From contig NZ_CP060715.1 of assembly GCF_014396165.1 (NCBI RefSeq), positions 1,230,001 to 1,262,000 of the forward strand: a DNA stretch of 32,000 nucleotides, written 5' to 3'. Origin of the DNA: Erysipelothrix inopinata (lineage in GTDB: Bacteria; Bacillota_I; Bacilli_A; Erysipelotrichales; Erysipelotrichaceae). Both the position numbers and the translations under genes were made by a program. The notes under the pieces are model-generated. The model saw nothing but the letters and a program-made list of their open reading frames with translations, was not told the origin of the DNA and did not search any database. Positions 28,704-32,000 of the stretch are shown here, piece after piece; position 1 is the stretch's first letter, and the number at the start of each line of letters is the position of its first letter.

Positions 28704-29516
28704 TTGAAACAACTAGAAGTAAACAATCTGAAATTCTCATATGATAATGAACACATGGCTGTAAATAATGTGAGTTTTGATGTAAATAAAGGTCAATATG
28801 TTACGATTATTGGCCACAATGGTAGTGGAAAATCTACACTCGCAAAACTAATCATTGGTTTGATTGTGTCTCAAAGTGGCGCAATTCAAATTGATGGCAT
28901 TACATTGACTGAAGCTAATGTGTATGAAGTTCGCGAAAAAATAGCTATCGTATTCCAAAACCCAGACAACCAATTTATCGGATCAACTGTGCGAGATGAT
29001 ATTGCATTTGGTCTAGAAAATAGAATGGTTGAACCCACGAAAATGGATGCAATTATTGAATCTTACTCTGAACGCGTAGGCATGCGTGAATACCTTAATC
29101 ACGAGCCCACCAAACTTTCGGGAGGACAAAAACAGCGTGTCGCTATTGCAGGTGCGCTTGCAATGCATCCGGAAATTCTTCTTTTAGATGAAGCAACAAG
29201 TATGCTTGACCCGAAAGGTCGTAAAGAAGTTAATGATTTGGTTCATGAATTGCACCATAAGAATGAGATGACGATTGTATCGATTACTCATGATATTGAA
29301 GAAGTTACAATGAGTGATTATGTTATTGTTATGAATGAGGGTGAAATCTATATGCAAGGAACACCAGAGGAAATCCTAGTGCGTTCTTCTGAGCTTGTTG
29401 AGTTGCAATTGGATATTCCATTCAGTCTGAAGTTTTATAATGCAATGAATAAATTAGGGATTACACTTTCAACGCCCTATGATTTAGAAGGGATGGTTAA
29501 AGAATTATGGCAATAA
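28704..29516 (+). CDS. ecfA1: ECF transporter ATPase component EcfA1
   Basis: GHNGSGKST, LSGGQKQRVAIAG, LLLDEATS, ITHD. GGAG at 28692-28695 fits the TTG at 28704; the alternative in-frame GTG at 28695 (ORF track) has no spacer. Confidence 0.9.
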   Translation: MKQLEVNNLKFSYDNEHMAVNNVSFDVNKGQYVTIIGHNGSGKSTLAKLIIGLIVSQSGAIQIDGITLTEANVYEVREKIAIVFQNPDNQFIGSTVRDDIAFGLENRMVEPTKMDAIIESYSERVGMREYLNHEPTKLSGGQKQRVAIAGALAMHPEILLLDEATSMLDPKGRKEVNDLVHELHHKNEMTIVSITHDIEEVTMSDYVIVMNEGEIYMQGTPEEILVRSSELVELQLDIPFSLKFYNAMNKLGITLSTPYDLEGMVKELWQ

Positions 29517-30355
29517 AATTTGAAAATGTTTGTCACGATTACGCACCCAATACACCTTTCTCATATGCCGCTTTGAAAGATATTAATCTTGAAATCCGTG
29601 ATGGTAAAATGACTGCAATTATTGGTGCAACAGGAAGTGGTAAATCAACATTGGTTCAACACTTGAATGGCCTATTACGTCCAACATCTGGAAGTGTTCA
29701 AATTCTTGACCACATGATTATTGCAAATGAAAAAGCAAAAAATCTAAAAGCGTTGCGATCAAAAGTAGGGCTAGTATTCCAATTCCCTGAAATGCAATTG
29801 TTTGAAGAAACAATTTATAAAGATGTAAGTTTTGGGCCTAAAAACTTTGCTTTTGATGAAGAAACATTGAATAATTCTGTACATTCTGCTTTAAATCTTG
29901 TAGGTATCGATCAATCACTATGGGAACGCTCACCATTGGACCTCTCGGGCGGTCAGAAACGTCGTGTTGCGATTGCGGGAGTCTTAGCTACGAATCCTGA
30001 AATCATTGTTCTCGACGAACCTACGGCTGGTCTTGACCCACAGGGAAGCAAAGACATGATGGATTTATTTATTAAACTCAATCAGGAATATCAAAAGACA
30101 ATTATCATGGTAAGTCATGATATGGATCATGTACTTAAATACAGTGATGATGTTGTTGTCTTAAAAGATGGTGAAATCTTCTATGCAGGAGATACTAAAG
30201 CATTCTTTAAAGAAGCGGACTTATTAGAGGAACTCGGATTTGTGGCACCAAAAATTCTCCAACTTAAACGCATGTTAAAAAAACAAGGTCTCGATACAAA
30301 AGATGAACTTGATATTGAAAATATTGCGAAAATGGTCAAGGAGGCTCGAAAATGA
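29507..30355 (+). CDS. ecfA2: ECF transporter ATPase component EcfA2
   Basis: GATGSGKST, LSGGQKRRVAIAG, IVLDEPTAGLD, VSHD. 10-nt overlap with ecfA1. Confidence 0.95.
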   Translation: MAIKFENVCHDYAPNTPFSYAALKDINLEIRDGKMTAIIGATGSGKSTLVQHLNGLLRPTSGSVQILDHMIIANEKAKNLKALRSKVGLVFQFPEMQLFEETIYKDVSFGPKNFAFDEETLNNSVHSALNLVGIDQSLWERSPLDLSGGQKRRVAIAGVLATNPEIIVLDEPTAGLDPQGSKDMMDLFIKLNQEYQKTIIMVSHDMDHVLKYSDDVVVLKDGEIFYAGDTKAFFKEADLLEELGFVAPKILQLKRMLKKQGLDTKDELDIENIAKMVKEARK

Positions 30356-31152
30356 AAAACGTAGCTCTTGGTCAGTACATTCCCTTAGATTCAAAAGTTC
30401 ATAAGCTCGATCCACGTATCAAAATTGTGTCAATGATTTTATTAATGGTTGGAATCTTCTCGGTTAATAATTTCTATGCAAATGGATTTATGTTTGTCTT
30501 TCTTGCATGTGCAATTTTAGCATCGAAACTAACATTCAAATTTATTCTTAAATCGTTGAAACCAATGGGCTTTATGTTGATTTTCTTATTCATACTCAAC
30601 ATATTTGCGATTCGCGAAGGGCGCGTCCTTCTTGAAATATGGAACTTTAAACTTTACTCAGGTGCTTTATATCAAACATTCTTTATTGTGACACGTCTTA
30701 TTCTAATGGTCATGGTGACAACCTTACTGACAGCAACAACACCACCATTGGATTTAACTTTAGGTATTGAAGATTTACTAAATCCACTGCGTGTTATTAA
30801 AGTACCTGCTCATGAAATTGCAATGATGATTTCCATTGCGTTACGTTTTATTCCAACTTTGATCGAAGATACACAACGAATCATGAATGCGCAAGCAAGT
30901 CGTGGTGTTGACCTTGATGAAGGAAGTCTTAAAGAAAAAATTAGTGGCGTTGTTTCAATGATTATTCCGCTCTTTATTTCATCATATCATCGTGCTGAAG
31001 ATTTGGCGGATGCTATGGAAGCGCGTGGTTATTACCCAGGGAAAGAACGGACACGCTATAAACAATTGAAAATTAAATTCTCAGACTGGTTGATTCTTGT
31101 TATTTGTATTGCTGTGATGGTTATATCCATCTCAATTGGTCGATATATATGA
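30352..31152 (+). CDS. ecfT: ECF transporter transmembrane component EcfT
   Basis: Polytopic protein with the two Ala-Arg-Gly signature motifs (AQASRG, AMEARG). ATGA overlap with ecfA2. Confidence 0.93.
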   Translation: MKNVALGQYIPLDSKVHKLDPRIKIVSMILLMVGIFSVNNFYANGFMFVFLACAILASKLTFKFILKSLKPMGFMLIFLFILNIFAIREGRVLLEIWNFKLYSGALYQTFFIVTRLILMVMVTTLLTATTPPLDLTLGIEDLLNPLRVIKVPAHEIAMMISIALRFIPTLIEDTQRIMNAQASRGVDLDEGSLKEKISGVVSMIIPLFISSYHRAEDLADAMEARGYYPGKERTRYKQLKIKFSDWLILVICIAVMVISISIGRYI

Positions 31153-31880
31153 GATTAAAGGCGACAGTTGCCTACGACGGTTCTGCCTTTGTTGGATGGC
31201 AAAAACAGCCAAATGGCAATAGTGTTCAAACAGAAATTGAAAAAGCGGTTTCTTTAATTAATAAAGAAAAGACACGGGTATTCGGATCAGGAAGAACTGA
31301 TGCTGGTGTTCACGGATTGGGGCAAGTGTTTCACTTTGATTCACCGTTTGAGATACAGGGTAAGGCTTGGATTAAAGCACTTAACTCAATGCTTCCACTG
31401 ACAATTCGTATTGTAGACGTTGAACCTGTCGATGATTCTTTTCATGCACGTTATAGTGCTAAAACAAAAACTTACGAATACCGTGTCAATAACGGAGAAT
31501 ATGATTTGTTTAAGAGAGAATACGAATGTTACTACCCAGAAAAGTTAGATTTAGGAAAAATTGAAGAAGCTTGCCAGAGGTTTCTGGGTGAACATGATTT
31601 CACATCCTTCAATGCTACAAAGCTTGAAGTGATAGAAAATCAGGTTAGAACAATCTATCGTTTTGATTTTGAAGTAATTGATAACCATATTATCTTCACA
31701 ATTTGCGGGAGTGGATTCTTAAAATATATGGTTCGAATGATGATTGCTACCTGTCTAAAATGTGGTACAGGAAAGATCAAACCAGAGAAAATAACAGAAA
31801 TGTTAGAAGCTAAAGATAAAGATGTAATGCAGTACAATATAGAACCAAACGGGCTTTACTTAAAAAAAGTTAATTATTGA
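31149..31880 (+). CDS. truA: tRNA pseudouridine(38-40) synthase
   Basis: MRLKATVAYDGSAFVGWQKQ...GSGRTDAGVHG (catalytic Asp). The ATG at 31149 overlaps the ecfT stop (ATGA); the ORF-track start at 31104 lies inside ecfT. Confidence 0.95.
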   Translation: MRLKATVAYDGSAFVGWQKQPNGNSVQTEIEKAVSLINKEKTRVFGSGRTDAGVHGLGQVFHFDSPFEIQGKAWIKALNSMLPLTIRIVDVEPVDDSFHARYSAKTKTYEYRVNNGEYDLFKREYECYYPEKLDLGKIEEACQRFLGEHDFTSFNATKLEVIENQVRTIYRFDFEVIDNHIIFTICGSGFLKYMVRMMIATCLKCGTGKIKPEKITEMLEAKDKDVMQYNIEPNGLYLKKVNY

Positions 31881-31901
31881 AAGAATGTTAAGGAACTTGC
31901 C

Positions 31902-31930
31902 TTGACATATTTGCTAAAAAAGCATACAAT
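31902..31930 (+). promoter_or_regulatory. Sigma-A promoter for rplM-rpsI
   Basis: TTGACA (31902-31907), 17 nt, TACAAT (31925-31930). Confidence 0.75.
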
Positions 31931-31935
31931 AATAA

Positions 31936-31985
31936 CCGGCACTTTATGCCAATAGTAGCCCCGGAAACTACTTTTGGTTTAGGAG
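31936..31985 (+). promoter_or_regulatory. L13-leader-like structured 5' UTR
   Basis: Hairpins GGCA (31938-31941) / TGCC (31947-31950) and AGTAG (31953-31957) / CTACT (31968-31972), just upstream of AGGAGG (31981-31986). Sits where the Firmicutes L13 leader is found. Confidence 0.5.
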
Positions 31986-31994
31986 GAAAATAAC

Positions 31995-32000
31995 ATGCGT
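31995..32000 (+). CDS. rplM: 50S ribosomal protein L13, first two codons only (3'-truncated by the window)
   Basis: ATG CGT (M-R) 8 nt after AGGAGG. Conserved truA-rplM synteny and upstream promoter/leader. Too short for sequence confirmation. Confidence 0.5.

Noticed and set aside
1-32000. Window-wide search by eye for CRISPR repeats, tandem repeats, IS/transposase or integrase genes, tRNA/rRNA genes, toxin-antitoxin pairs and defence-system genes.
   Set aside because: None found. All intergenic regions longer than 60 nt are accounted for by promoters, leaders or terminators. All long ORFs belong to recognisable housekeeping or metabolic families, except the 124-aa membrane protein.

Overview
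All convincing genes are on the + strand. The window is the core translation locus of a low-GC Firmicutes/Bacillota-type genome. Protein sequences and the missing L30 fit an Erysipelotrichia/Mollicutes-related lineage, but that is only a guess. Gene order: fusA (5'-truncated) and tuf; a terminator-insulated 4-gene cassette (ABC importer plus winged-helix::LicC-family cytidylyltransferase); then a strong promoter and structured leader driving an uninterrupted S10-spc-alpha cluster (rpsJ to rplQ, including secY-adk-map-infA-rpmJ, with no rpmD). After the rplQ terminator comes a 6.5-kb accessory block: orphan PTS Lac/cellobiose-family EIIC, a small 3-TM protein, a DUF871/MupG-like 6-phospho-glycosidase, a BadF/NagK/MurK-type sugar kinase, a Cof-type HAD phosphatase, a YtxH-like protein and pepT. 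The conserved ecfA1-ecfA2-ecfT-truA genes follow, then a promoter, an L13-leader-like element and the first two codons of rplM. I saw no rRNA, tRNA, CRISPR array, transposase, integrase or defence-type genes. The two accessory insertions at otherwise conserved junctions (tuf|rpsJ and rplQ|ecfA) are the most interesting parts. Both look like nutrient or cell-envelope salvage modules rather than a clearly new system. All functional calls rest on motif and family recognition by eye; no database search was run.
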